From the NCBI GenBank assembly GCA_038883795.1, contig JAVZLK010000001.1, positions 64,001 to 128,000 on the forward strand: DNA of 64,000 nucleotides, read 5' to 3'. Shown one piece after another: positions 20,197 through 30,289 of the stretch (positions are counted from its first letter, which is position 1; each line of letters starts with the position of its first letter). A program made the position numbers and the translations under genes. This DNA is from Candidatus Bathyarchaeia archaeon. Lineage in GTDB: Archaea; Thermoproteota; Bathyarchaeia; Bathyarchaeales; Bathycorpusculaceae. The notes beneath the pieces were generated by a model. It was given only the letters and a program-made list of their open reading frames with translations, was not told where the DNA came from and ran no database searches.

Positions 20197-21348
20197 GTGA
20201 GACTCGTAAAAAGGGTGGAGTTGTTGGTTAGGCTTGCGTATGCACATGATGGCATAAGTAGTTATGATGAGCTTTTTTTGAAGGCGTTTAGGGAAGTGTA
20301 TGATGTTTATGTTCTCACTTTTCATCCTTCGCCAATTTGTGTCCCAGAAGGGGTTAAAATTGTTAGAATGAGGGATTTTATTCCAGAAACCAACGTCCAC
20401 CCTTTCGAGGGAGCGCGAAAACACCTTTTAACTCCGCTTAGGGCTTATGCCCTAAAGAAAGTTTTACAAAAAGTTAGGCCTAATGTGCTTGTTGGTTGTT
20501 GGGCGAGCACTTATGGGTTTTATTCTGCTTATTCCAACTTTCATCCCTTTATCCTGTTTGTTTGGGGTTCAGATGTTCTGGTTTTCCCCAGGAAGTATTT
20601 TCCGCTTAAGCCTTTCATTTTTTATTCTCTTCGGAAGGCTGATGTGGTTGTTGTTGATAGTGAAGTTCAACGGCAGGCTGCAATAGGTCTTGGATGTGAA
20701 CCAGCAAAAATTGTGAAGTTTCCATGGGTTAGCTTAAGTGGGTTTAGTCGTAATGAAGTCCAGCGGCAGAAAATCAGAAGAGAATGTGGCTGGAGTGATA
20801 AAGACATTGTTGTTATAAGCTTGAGGTATCACAGACCCATCTATGGTGTTGAATATTTAATAGATGCAATTCCACAAGTGTTAGCCAAAAATAAAAATGT
20901 GAAGTTTCTAATTTTGGGTGATGGACCGCTTACCAACACATTTAAAGCAAAAATGGCTGGTTTCATAAAAAGTGGATGTGTCCGGTTTGTGGGAGCCGTT
21001 CCACATAAGAGGATTGTAGATTATTTGAGTGCTGCAGACATATATGTTTCGACATCCTTTTCTGATGGAACATCCGCCAGCCTATTAGAGGCTATGGCTT
21101 GTTCCTTAGCGCCTGTGGTTACGGAAATATTTGGCAATAGGGAGTGGGTTGAAGACGAAGTGAATGGCTTACTTGTCCCAGTGGCAAATTCTGAAAAGCT
21201 TGCAGAAAAAATCCTCCTATTAGCCAATGATTATAAACTTCGTAAGGCTTTAGAGGAAAAGGCCATGGAAACTGTGAAAAAGCGCGTGAATTGGCAAAAA
21301 AACATACAACAACTAACAGAGATAATAGACAAAATGGTATCTGCTTAA
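20197..21348 (+). CDS. GT4 family glycosyltransferase
   Basis: WGSDV, SDGTSASLLEAMAC. Confidence 0.9.
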   Translation: MRLVKRVELLVRLAYAHDGISSYDELFLKAFREVYDVYVLTFHPSPICVPEGVKIVRMRDFIPETNVHPFEGARKHLLTPLRAYALKKVLQKVRPNVLVGCWASTYGFYSAYSNFHPFILFVWGSDVLVFPRKYFPLKPFIFYSLRKADVVVVDSEVQRQAAIGLGCEPAKIVKFPWVSLSGFSRNEVQRQKIRRECGWSDKDIVVISLRYHRPIYGVEYLIDAIPQVLAKNKNVKFLILGDGPLTNTFKAKMAGFIKSGCVRFVGAVPHKRIVDYLSAADIYVSTSFSDGTSASLLEAMACSLAPVVTEIFGNREWVEDEVNGLLVPVANSEKLAEKILLLANDYKLRKALEEKAMETVKKRVNWQKNIQQLTEIIDKMVSA

Positions 21349-21392
21349 ATATAAATTGCTGACGCAAAAATGACTATGTTAGAAATAATAGT

Positions 21393-22172
21393 TTGAAAGG
21401 GAGAAGAAAATTGGTAAGCGTACTCACACTATACATAACGAAGGATACGATTGATCAAAAATGTTATGATAGTGTTTTAAAGCAAAAAGGTGTGAGACAA
21501 GATGTGATTGTTGTTTCGGCAAAGAAAATAGAAGTTTCAAATAATTTTGTTGTGGAAGTTCCTCAAAGTTATCCTCTCCCAGTGAGAGTTGGACTTTCCA
21601 TTAATCGTGCTCTCAAAGTCTATTGGAATTGTGAAAAATATGATTATCTCTTTAAAGTTGATGGGGACGTTTTACTTCCGCAAGATTACCTTCTGAATTT
21701 GATGTCGAAAAATAAGCCAATAGTAGGTGCTGGATGTGCAATGTTGATTGAAGCGGAGTTCTTTAAAACCCAGTTTGGAAGTAAGTGGGCAGTAACTTAT
21801 GCAGATGACGAGTATATGAAAGCGTATGCCTTTGCAATGGGCTTCATAAATGAGTTGTGGGAAAAAGATGATTTGGGCATATCCTTTAAATATCGCCCCC
21901 CGCTCTCGAGGGCATACATATATGGTAAGGAATATTATAAGTACGGCGCCCCGATATGGTTTATGTGTCTACGTGTGATTGCATCGATAAGAAATCGCAT
22001 TAAGAAACTTGCAACTTGTATTCCAATTTCCCATAGCATTTACTCTTTTGGTGGTTATGTTTCAATGTTAGGAACAAAAAAATATGAGTGGCATGATGAC
22101 TATGCCAGAAGGTTGACAAAACTATATTTTCAGAAATTCATTTCAAAAATAAAGAGATATTTGCCTATTTAA
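21393..22172 (+). CDS. Divergent GT-A/GT2-like glycosyltransferase
   Basis: YDYLFKVDGDVLLP (DxD), ADD motif, location in the cluster. Confidence 0.65.
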   Translation: MKGRRKLVSVLTLYITKDTIDQKCYDSVLKQKGVRQDVIVVSAKKIEVSNNFVVEVPQSYPLPVRVGLSINRALKVYWNCEKYDYLFKVDGDVLLPQDYLLNLMSKNKPIVGAGCAMLIEAEFFKTQFGSKWAVTYADDEYMKAYAFAMGFINELWEKDDLGISFKYRPPLSRAYIYGKEYYKYGAPIWFMCLRVIASIRNRIKKLATCIPISHSIYSFGGYVSMLGTKKYEWHDDYARRLTKLYFQKFISKIKRYLPI

Positions 22173-22232
22173 TTGATTTTTATATATTCAAACAGTAAGT
22201 ACTTTAAGAGTTGTCGTAGGGAAAGAATCCAA

Positions 22233-23084
22233 ATGCAGAAAGCAAAAAAGTCTGGTGTTAATGTCTGCGCTGTCGTTGTAACTTTTAATAGAAAAGAAGT
22301 GCTGCAAAAATGTTTGAAGGCATTACAAAATCAGACAATTCCACCTGACGAAGTTATTGTAATCGATGGACCAAGCACCGATGGAACAACGCAACTTATG
22401 AAGGAAAAATTCCCAGAAGTTACCTACATAAGGTTAAATGAAGACGTTGGTGGAGCTGGAGGATTCTACGAAGGCATGAAGTTAGCTTACAAGAAAGGAT
22501 ACGATTGGATTTGGACCATGGACGACGACGCAATACCAGAGCGGGATGCATTAGAAAAATTATTGGCGGTTGTGAATGGCGACCAAAACTTGATAGCACG
22601 ACCTGCGGTTATCGATGCACATCATTTCGCTCCATGGTTTGCAGGTGGCATTTTTTCACGCGCAACAATCAAGCGAATAGGACTCCCATTAAAAGAATTG
22701 TTCATATATTTTGATGATGCTGAATACGTGATGAGAGCTCAAAAAGCTGGAATAAAAACAGTTGACGTTAAAAATGCAAAGATGAATCACAAAGATTGGT
22801 TGCTAAGAGGGTGTGTAAGCAAGAAAATTTTGCATAAAACTATAAAGAGACCAAAATATCCTAAAGGTAGAAAATACTATTATATTCAAAGAAACAACTT
22901 GTATGTGCATACAATCCATAGAGAATGGAAGGTGCTGTTTCGCTTACTTACGATTAATTTAGCTTCAAATTTAATAAAATACCTTTTACTTGGCGATAAA
23001 GAAAAAGCATTAGCTATCATCAAAGGAACAATCGATTATTTCCGACGTAAAACCGGAAAAAGTTTATGGGCGCACAAACAATAA
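22233..23084 (+). CDS. GT2 glycosyltransferase (rhamnosyl/galactofuranosyl transferase-like)
   Basis: VVTFNR, GGAGGF, WTMDDDA, FIYFDDAEY, YYIQRN. Confidence 0.88.
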   Translation: MQKAKKSGVNVCAVVVTFNRKEVLQKCLKALQNQTIPPDEVIVIDGPSTDGTTQLMKEKFPEVTYIRLNEDVGGAGGFYEGMKLAYKKGYDWIWTMDDDAIPERDALEKLLAVVNGDQNLIARPAVIDAHHFAPWFAGGIFSRATIKRIGLPLKELFIYFDDAEYVMRAQKAGIKTVDVKNAKMNHKDWLLRGCVSKKILHKTIKRPKYPKGRKYYYIQRNNLYVHTIHREWKVLFRLLTINLASNLIKYLLLGDKEKALAIIKGTIDYFRRKTGKSLWAHKQ

Positions 23085-23109
23085 TAGAGAGAGCAAAATG
23101 CCCTACTTG

Positions 23110-24426
23110 TTATGAACAGTTAAGAAACTTCTCCTTCACATAGTTTTTGGCTCTTTCTATACACCCGTCCATATTTAAATACTTAAATTCAGCGAATCTA
23201 CCCACAAGGTCGATACCTTCTTTCGCAACATAATTTTCAATCACCCGCATATTCTTGTTATAGTCTAAGTCGCTTATAACATAGGCAAATTCTGTTCTTC
23301 GCAATTCTTTAAAACAAACCTCCATCTTGTTTATAATCTTGAGTTGATGTAATTCATTTATCACACGTTTTATGATTTCTTCATCCGGCATTTTCCATGT
23401 TTTGCTTCCTATTGTACACGTTATCTCTGCTAATACTGAAGATTTTCGTGGAGGAGCAGCATATGGACTATAATTCGAGGGGAAGCTTAATCTATGAGGT
23501 AAAATGTGCTTGTCTGGGATGTAGAGCCAAGATAAGTCGTTTATTTTTTCTTTATTTATGCCCAACATAACCGTGATAAGCGAATTGTACTTCAATTGGC
23601 TAGCGGCTTCTCTCACTTCTGAGGAAGCGCCGATGGCGTTTACCAACTTTTGAATGGGAATTGTGGAAATAATTTTATCATAAGCTCTTTTTTCGATACC
23701 GTCTGAAACAAGCCATTTCCTATTCTTCTTTATTTTTTTAACTTCAAAGTTTACGATTATACGACCCTTAATTTTCTTCTCTAAAGATTTTATTAGCGTT
23801 TGAATTCCGCCAGTTTTAGGATAATAGAAATTCAATTGATGGGTGTAGCCTTCGGTTTTTATTCCTAAAGAGGATTTTATGATGTCTTCTATGGGGGGAT
23901 TGGGGACGCGTTCTACCCATTCTAAGCTTATTTTTTCGGTTGGGTATTTCCAAATTTTCTCGTTGTATGGGATAAGGTATTTTTCAGCTATTCCTTCGCC
24001 AAAGGTGTAATAAAACCATTCTTTAAGGTTTGAAGGTTTTTTCAGTTCGCCCTTTTCTTTTCTAATCAAATTTTGGATGAAAGAGTTTAGACATTCAAAG
24101 TTGTCTTTAAGTGGCAGGTCGGCTAAACCGTTCTCAAATGGGTATTTAACGTAATACTTTCCTTTGTATAACACCTTTGTGTTCCTTCTATTCCTTATTC
24201 TGTTTCTTCCCAACAATTTCAACATGAAATCCAAAATTTCCTTATTCTTCGAAAAGATTATGTGCGAACCACCATAGTCAAAAGTGAAACCATCCTTTTG
24301 CAAAGTTCTCATTAACCCGCCGCATTCCTCTTCTTTTTCTAGAATTTCAAAATCAACGTTTGCTTTGTCGAGCAAGTATCCAATTGTTAAACCAGTTAAA
24401 CCTCCGCCTAAGATAGCCACCTTCAT
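23110..24426 (-). CDS. FAD-dependent oxidoreductase, UDP-galactopyranose mutase-like
   Basis: GGGLTGL, GGSHIIFS, PYNEKIW, FYYPKTGG, GRFAEFKYLNMD. Confidence 0.75.
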   Translation of the reverse strand: MKVAILGGGLTGLTIGYLLDKANVDFEILEKEEECGGLMRTLQKDGFTFDYGGSHIIFSKNKEILDFMLKLLGRNRIRNRRNTKVLYKGKYYVKYPFENGLADLPLKDNFECLNSFIQNLIRKEKGELKKPSNLKEWFYYTFGEGIAEKYLIPYNEKIWKYPTEKISLEWVERVPNPPIEDIIKSSLGIKTEGYTHQLNFYYPKTGGIQTLIKSLEKKIKGRIIVNFEVKKIKKNRKWLVSDGIEKRAYDKIISTIPIQKLVNAIGASSEVREAASQLKYNSLITVMLGINKEKINDLSWLYIPDKHILPHRLSFPSNYSPYAAPPRKSSVLAEITCTIGSKTWKMPDEEIIKRVINELHQLKIINKMEVCFKELRRTEFAYVISDLDYNKNMRVIENYVAKEGIDLVGRFAEFKYLNMDGCIERAKNYVKEKFLNCS

Positions 24427-24536
24427 TCATGATTCCATTCCAAGTCTATAAATGAAATCTTATATAAGGCTAACATCAAAAGCACATCATATTTTTGAAT
24501 AAGCTTTTTATTATCTCTACATTCATACCCTAATCT

Positions 24537-25571
24537 ATGCATGGAAAAGTAAACAGATCCAGCATTCACTTTGGGCTTGTAATGCCACAAGAAGATCGGT
24601 TTGGGGAAGAAATATTGTCCGCTGCCCGCGAAGCTGAAAAACTTGGTTTTGATTCTGTATGGGTTTATGACCACTTGTTTATGTCGCATAAAAAGCCTTA
24701 TCTAGAGTGCTGGATGCTCCTGTCAGCTATTGCCGTTGAAACGCAACGAGTTAAAATGGGACCACTGGTCCTAAATAACCTTTTACGGAATCCGTCACTT
24801 GTTGCTAAAATGGGAGCTACATTAGACCAAATTTCTCATGGACGATTTGAATTAGGAATAGGCGCTGGATGGTATAGGGAAGAATGTGAAGCATATGGCG
24901 TGAGGTTTCCTTCTTTCACAGAAAGAGTGACAAGACTAGCAGAATCGGTTGAAATCATCATGAAATTATGGAAATCACGTGGTAGGGCAGTTTCTTATTC
25001 AGGTAGATACTATAAAATAAAGGATGCAAGATGCTTGCCTCCGCCGTATGCTAAACCCAACCCACCTATTTTCGTAGGTGGAAGAAGCAACGAGATCTTG
25101 CGGATTGTGGCAAAACATAAATTAGGGCTCAATGTTGACCAAGATTGGGGCGTAGGCTTTGCGGATATGCAAAGGATACTAACCACTCTAAACTATCTTT
25201 GTCGGTTGGAAGGCACAGATCCGAAAAAGATACGTAAATCGATGTGTGTGAGACTTATTGTCGGAAACGAAGAGAATGATATAAAGAAACAGCTAGCTGC
25301 ATGGAATAAAGAGATTAATTCCAGACAATCCTTTGTTAAAAGAATAGCGAAAAAATCTTTGCAGGCGACTCGTTCGCTTTTAAGTGGCAAAAATGTAAAA
25401 TTGGTTCCACCAACATCACAGATTATAGGCTCCCCCGAGGACTGCGTCTCTCAACTTTTAGAATACTACAAGTTAGGCATCACTAACTTTTACATAAAAC
25501 TTTACGACTTCACAGATATGGCGCTTTTGAAACTCGTAGCGGATAAAATAATCAAACCAATGAAAGGATAA
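24537..25571 (+). CDS. LLM-class (probably F420-dependent) oxidoreductase
   Basis: GFDSVWVYDH, AKMGATLDQISHGRFELGIGAGW, PIFVGG. Confidence 0.87.
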   Translation: MHGKVNRSSIHFGLVMPQEDRFGEEILSAAREAEKLGFDSVWVYDHLFMSHKKPYLECWMLLSAIAVETQRVKMGPLVLNNLLRNPSLVAKMGATLDQISHGRFELGIGAGWYREECEAYGVRFPSFTERVTRLAESVEIIMKLWKSRGRAVSYSGRYYKIKDARCLPPPYAKPNPPIFVGGRSNEILRIVAKHKLGLNVDQDWGVGFADMQRILTTLNYLCRLEGTDPKKIRKSMCVRLIVGNEENDIKKQLAAWNKEINSRQSFVKRIAKKSLQATRSLLSGKNVKLVPPTSQIIGSPEDCVSQLLEYYKLGITNFYIKLYDFTDMALLKLVADKIIKPMKG

Positions 25572-25574
25572 AAC

Positions 25575-26642
25575 ATGAAGGCATCTGTGGGTATTGTCGG
25601 TGCAGGATTTATTGCACAAATGCGACACCTTCCAGCTTATCAAAATGAGAAATTAATCAAACTTCAAGCAATATGCGATCCCGACTATCGAAGAGCACGA
25701 CAAATCGCTAAAATATATAATATTTCTAATGTTTATTCAAGTCTCGAAGATATGCTGTCTAAAGAATCTCTAGACATTATCGACATATGCTCAACAGCTT
25801 CAACGCATGCACCATTTGCAATTCAATCCTTAAAAAGAGGAGCCAATGTGATCGTTGAAAAACCAATGGCTATGGATCTTCCATCAGCAAAACAAGTTTA
25901 TGAGGCAGCAAAGCTAAGCAAAAAGAAATTCACGGTTGTACAGAATTACCGCTTTACAAAAGAATACAAGTCTCTAAAAGCAGCTGCGGTCACGGGAAAA
26001 CTTGGACATATCGACCTTCTGTACAGCTTTTTTGATACGGCAGGTATTGGCCTTACTGATCAATTTTTGCCCAACTATAAGTATGGCATACTATTTGAAA
26101 CCGGAATACATGATACTGATATTGCAAGGGATTTAATGGGCGAAGTGGTTAGTGTAAAGGCGATTTTGACGAGGAAATCTTTAGATGGACAAGCGCGCAG
26201 CTTAGTTTCCATTCTGCAACACAAGAATAAGGCTGTGTCGGTGTTAAGGTTATCATTCACCGCGGCAACATCAGCACATCGACTTGAGGTGAGCGGATCA
26301 AAAGTTCGGGCATTATTAGATTTCGAAATGAGATCCTTAGAGTTTGAAAGCAGTTTTAAAACCTCTTCAATTAAAGAACAAATACGCTTCGCGACACGTG
26401 AATTATCTAAAACCCTCAAGAAAATTAAGCAACATTATAGTAATATTTTTTGGTATGGCATGAGTGAATTCGGAGGGTTAGAGCCGTTTAGAGATATTAT
26501 CCATCAATTTGTGTTATCCGTTCTTGAAGATACCAAGCCCCCCATCACATTAGAAGAGTCATACACAAACATGAAAATATTGGAAGCGTGCCGAATTTCG
26601 TTAGAAACTGGACAAAGCCAACGAATGGCTGATTTAGCTTAG
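25575..26642 (+). CDS. Gfo/Idh/MocA oxidoreductase
   Basis: GIVGAGFIA, VEKPMA, ETGIHDTD. Confidence 0.9.
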   Translation: MKASVGIVGAGFIAQMRHLPAYQNEKLIKLQAICDPDYRRARQIAKIYNISNVYSSLEDMLSKESLDIIDICSTASTHAPFAIQSLKRGANVIVEKPMAMDLPSAKQVYEAAKLSKKKFTVVQNYRFTKEYKSLKAAAVTGKLGHIDLLYSFFDTAGIGLTDQFLPNYKYGILFETGIHDTDIARDLMGEVVSVKAILTRKSLDGQARSLVSILQHKNKAVSVLRLSFTAATSAHRLEVSGSKVRALLDFEMRSLEFESSFKTSSIKEQIRFATRELSKTLKKIKQHYSNIFWYGMSEFGGLEPFRDIIHQFVLSVLEDTKPPITLEESYTNMKILEACRISLETGQSQRMADLA

Positions 26643-26790
26643 TAAAGAGAAGAAGAATAAAACTATTTGTATGAAGTTAATTCATTGTAGGGTTCTAATT
26701 TATACCCGACGTGGATTCTGAATTCATAACTTAAATAAGACAACGAAAGTTGAATCTCCTGTTAACCACCAAACAAACCATTCGCAGGAA

Positions 26791-27563
26791 ATGCAAATGT
26801 TTTCACGGTTAACCTTGAAAGCTCATCCGAGCCTAAAATCGAGTTTTGATCAAAGAATAAGATTCAATCTTATTTTGGCCCATGTTAAAAAGAATTATGG
26901 AAAAATTGTGCTGGATGTGGGGTGCGGACCCGGTATTTTAGGAAAAATGATAGAGAGAGAAGGGAGAAAAGTAATATATTTAAGTCCTAATGTAAGTGAT
27001 TTCGAATACATTAAAGTTGGAGTCTTTGTAGCAGGAGATGGCACTCAATTACCCTTTAAAGATAAAGCTTTTGACTTTGTTTTATCCTCCGATGTGTTGG
27101 AACATGTACCCAAATATAAAAGAGCAGCATTTATAAATGAAATGATGAGAACTGCAAAAAAGAAGGCAATATTCACTTTTTCGCAGGTTCATCCCAAAAA
27201 TCCTCTAAAATCTGGAATTAGAATTTTTGAACATTTTTAAAAATGTTCAAAATTCCATATCCAAGCTGGTATAAAGAACATGGAAAAGAGGCAATGCCCA
27301 GGTTAGAAAATGTAAAGATGTACTTACTAAAATGGAAAGACAAATTTCATTTATACCATTATCAAGGAGTATTGGCACTATTCTTTTTAGGGTCCATTCA
27401 TGCTTTAACATCATTTTTACTGAATAAGACAAGAAATAAAAGTTTATCCTATATCATTCGTTTAATCAGCAAGCTTCTTGACTATTTCTCTTATCTAACT
27501 TTGCGAATCGTAGATATTCCTCCATATTACAGTTTTAAAGTAGTTATAACCCTTTCAGATTAA
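26791..27563 (+). pseudogene. Class I SAM methyltransferase split by a 1-nt frameshift at ~27238
   Basis: LDVGCGPG and SSDVLEHV in ORF1. Adding one T to the T5 run fuses it in frame to ORF 27243-27563 (EHFLKMFKIP...WYKEH). Confidence 0.7.
27225..27252. repeat. 28-bp perfect palindrome
   Basis: TTTTGAACATTTTT|AAAAATGTTCAAAA. Confidence 0.9.
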
Positions 27564-27689
27564 CATTCTTTAGAATAAGAATTTGAAGCGTATCCATTGC
27601 CACAAGTTTCACCTTTCATACCGTTAAGCCCAAACTTTTCACCATACAAGTGGAAAGTTATAATAAACGAGTTTTGCTTAGATTGGTTT

Positions 27690-28748
27690 ATGAAAGCTTT
27701 GGTTTTAAGTGGTGGTCGGGGCACTAGGCTTAGACCTTTAACTTTCACCACTGCAAAACAGCTTATTCCAGTGGCTAACAAGCCAATTTTAGGCTATGTA
27801 TTAGACCATGTAGCCCAAACAGGCATCAAAGATGTTGGCGTTATAATTGCTCCAGAAACAGGAGAGGACGTCAAAAACTATGTTAAAGACGGCAAGGCAT
27901 GGAACATTAACGTAACCTACATACCACAAGAACCCCGTGGGCTGGCGCACGCTGTAAAAACGGCAGAAAATTTTCTCGGCAAAGACAACTTTATCATGTG
28001 CCTAGGTGACAACTTAATAGGAAAAGGCTTCAACACGCTAATACAAAAATTTGAAAACGAAAACCTAGACGCCCTAATACTGCTAAAAGAAGTTGAAGAC
28101 CCAACAAGATTCGGCATAGCAGTACTAGACGAAAAAGACAATGTCATAAAACTAGTTGAAAAGCCGAAAACTCCGCCAAGCAACCTAGCGTTAGTAGGCG
28201 TTTATATATTCTCAAACAGAATCCACAAAGCCATAGAACACATAAAACCCTCATGGCGTGGGGAACTCGAAATAACAGATGCCATACAAGAGATGATAAA
28301 CATGGGCTATAAAGTGAAAGCGGAAAAGCTTGAAACGTGGTGGCTAGACACAGGCAAAAAAGATGACATATTATATGCTAATGCAAAAATCCTAGATGAA
28401 TATATAAAGCAGGAAATAAAAGGCGAAATAATAGAAGGCAAAGTTGAAGGAAGAGTAACTATACAAAAAGGAGCAAAAATAATAAACAGCACAGTAAGAG
28501 GACCAGCAATAATAGGCGAAAACTGCCTTATAGAAAATTCCTTCATAGGACCATACACAAGCATAGGAAACAACACCCAGATAACAGAAAGCAACATCGA
28601 ATACAGCGTAATACTAGAAAACGCCTCAATAAAAGGCGTTGAAAGACTCGAAGAAAGCCTGATAGGAAGAAGCACCAAAATTATAAAAAACCAAAAACAC
28701 AAAACCCTAAAGCTCAACATAGGCGACTATTCAGAGGTAGAAATATGA
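27690..28748 (+). CDS. rmlA: Glucose-1-phosphate thymidylyltransferase (long form)
   Basis: LSGGRGTRLRPLT, KQLIPVANKP, EKP, RGELEITDA, hexapeptide-like tail. Confidence 0.93.
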   Translation: MKALVLSGGRGTRLRPLTFTTAKQLIPVANKPILGYVLDHVAQTGIKDVGVIIAPETGEDVKNYVKDGKAWNINVTYIPQEPRGLAHAVKTAENFLGKDNFIMCLGDNLIGKGFNTLIQKFENENLDALILLKEVEDPTRFGIAVLDEKDNVIKLVEKPKTPPSNLALVGVYIFSNRIHKAIEHIKPSWRGELEITDAIQEMINMGYKVKAEKLETWWLDTGKKDDILYANAKILDEYIKQEIKGEIIEGKVEGRVTIQKGAKIINSTVRGPAIIGENCLIENSFIGPYTSIGNNTQITESNIEYSVILENASIKGVERLEESLIGRSTKIIKNQKHKTLKLNIGDYSEVEI

Positions 28749-29260
28749 AAGAATACCCACTTAAAGGAGTTAGAGTTCAAGAAATAAACGTAATACCAGA
28801 CGAAAGAGGATTTTTCGCAGAAGCCTTAAGACAAGATTGGAAAGACCTCCTCGAAGAAGAATGGATAACACAAGCCAACATAAGCTACAGTTACCCAAAC
28901 ATTGTCAGAGCATGGCACAAACACGAAAGAGGACAAGTGGACTATTTCCTTGTCTTGAAGGGAGCCATGAAAATTTGCGCTTATGAAGAAGAAACTGGAA
29001 GGATGGTTGAAATCATAGCCAGCGAGGAAAAACCGTCAATAGTGCGGATACCGGGAAAATACTTGCATGGAACCAAAACCGTCAGCAACATACCATCCTT
29101 AACGGTTTACTTTGTCACAAAACTTTACGATTACAAAAACCCAGACGAAAAACGCAGACCATGGAACGACCAAAAAATAATTCCTACAGAAATAAACGGC
29201 AAAAAGGACGACCCAAGAGTCGGCAAACCATGGGACTGGTTCCACCCACCACATAAGTAG
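28745..29260 (+). CDS. rmlC: dTDP-4-dehydrorhamnose 3,5-epimerase family
   Basis: DERGFF, VRAWHKH, HG, YDYKNPDE. Confidence 0.88.
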   Translation: MKEYPLKGVRVQEINVIPDERGFFAEALRQDWKDLLEEEWITQANISYSYPNIVRAWHKHERGQVDYFLVLKGAMKICAYEEETGRMVEIIASEEKPSIVRIPGKYLHGTKTVSNIPSLTVYFVTKLYDYKNPDEKRRPWNDQKIIPTEINGKKDDPRVGKPWDWFHPPHK

Positions 29261-29272
29261 GAGGCGTAAACA

Positions 29273-30289
29273 CTGAAAGTTTTAGTAACTGGTGGAGCAG
29301 GTTACATAGGGTCTATCCTTTTAAGGCTTCTTTTGGAAAAAGGCTACAATGTAGTGTGTTTAGATAGGCTTTTCTTCGGAAAAGACCCAATAAAAGACAT
29401 AGCCGATAAAATAAAACTGATCAAAGATGATGTTAGGTGGTTTAAGCCTGAAATCCTAAAGGGCGTAGACGCGGTATTCGATTTGGCATCACTTTCAAAT
29501 GACCCCAGCGGAGAACTTGACCCGCAAAAAACGTTAGAAATAAACTATAAGGGAAGGGTTAGAGTAGCTAAACTTTCCAAAAAATATGGTGTAGCCAGAT
29601 ATGTTTTAGCCAGCACATGCAGCGTTTATGGATTCCAAGAGGGCATTTTAACGGAAGAATCCAAACTTAATCCGTTAACGACGTATGCAAAAGCCAACGT
29701 CCTCGCAGAAAAAGAAATCCTACCATTAGCAGATAAATCCTTCACTGTAACAGCCCTTAGACAAGCCACAGTTTATGGATTTTCTCCAAGAATGAGGTTT
29801 GATCTGGCAATAAATGGAATGGTGCTTGGCTTTTTCAAAAATGGTAAAATCCCAATAATGAGAGATGGAAAACAATGGCGCCCCTTCATCCATGTGAAAG
29901 ACACATCAAAAGCCTTCATTACAGTTTTAGAGGCCGAACAAGACCTTGTTAATGGTCAAATCTTTAATGTCGGCAGTGATGAGCAAAATGTTCAAATTTT
30001 CAATTTAGCAAAGCTTGTGGCGGAATCCATCAACTTGCCATTCAATTATGAATGGTATGGCTCTCCAGACACAAGAAGCTACAGAGTAAGCTTCAAAAAA
30101 ATCAAGAAAACATTAAACTTTAAGCCCCAATATACGCCAAAACATGGAGCAAGGGAAGTGTTCGATGCTCTAAAGGAAGGAAGATTAAATGCTGACGACC
30201 CAAGAACAATAACAGTCAAATGGTACAAGCATTTACTTGAAACGCACACATTCATAAAGGACATTGAAGTTAAAGGAGCAATCTTATGA
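29273..30289 (+). CDS. Extended SDR sugar dehydratase/epimerase (CTG start)
   Basis: In-frame CTG-KVLVTGGAGYIGS after GGAGG; STCSVYG, YAKAN, MRFDL. Confidence 0.87.
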   Translation: MKVLVTGGAGYIGSILLRLLLEKGYNVVCLDRLFFGKDPIKDIADKIKLIKDDVRWFKPEILKGVDAVFDLASLSNDPSGELDPQKTLEINYKGRVRVAKLSKKYGVARYVLASTCSVYGFQEGILTEESKLNPLTTYAKANVLAEKEILPLADKSFTVTALRQATVYGFSPRMRFDLAINGMVLGFFKNGKIPIMRDGKQWRPFIHVKDTSKAFITVLEAEQDLVNGQIFNVGSDEQNVQIFNLAKLVAESINLPFNYEWYGSPDTRSYRVSFKKIKKTLNFKPQYTPKHGAREVFDALKEGRLNADDPRTITVKWYKHLLETHTFIKDIEVKGAIL

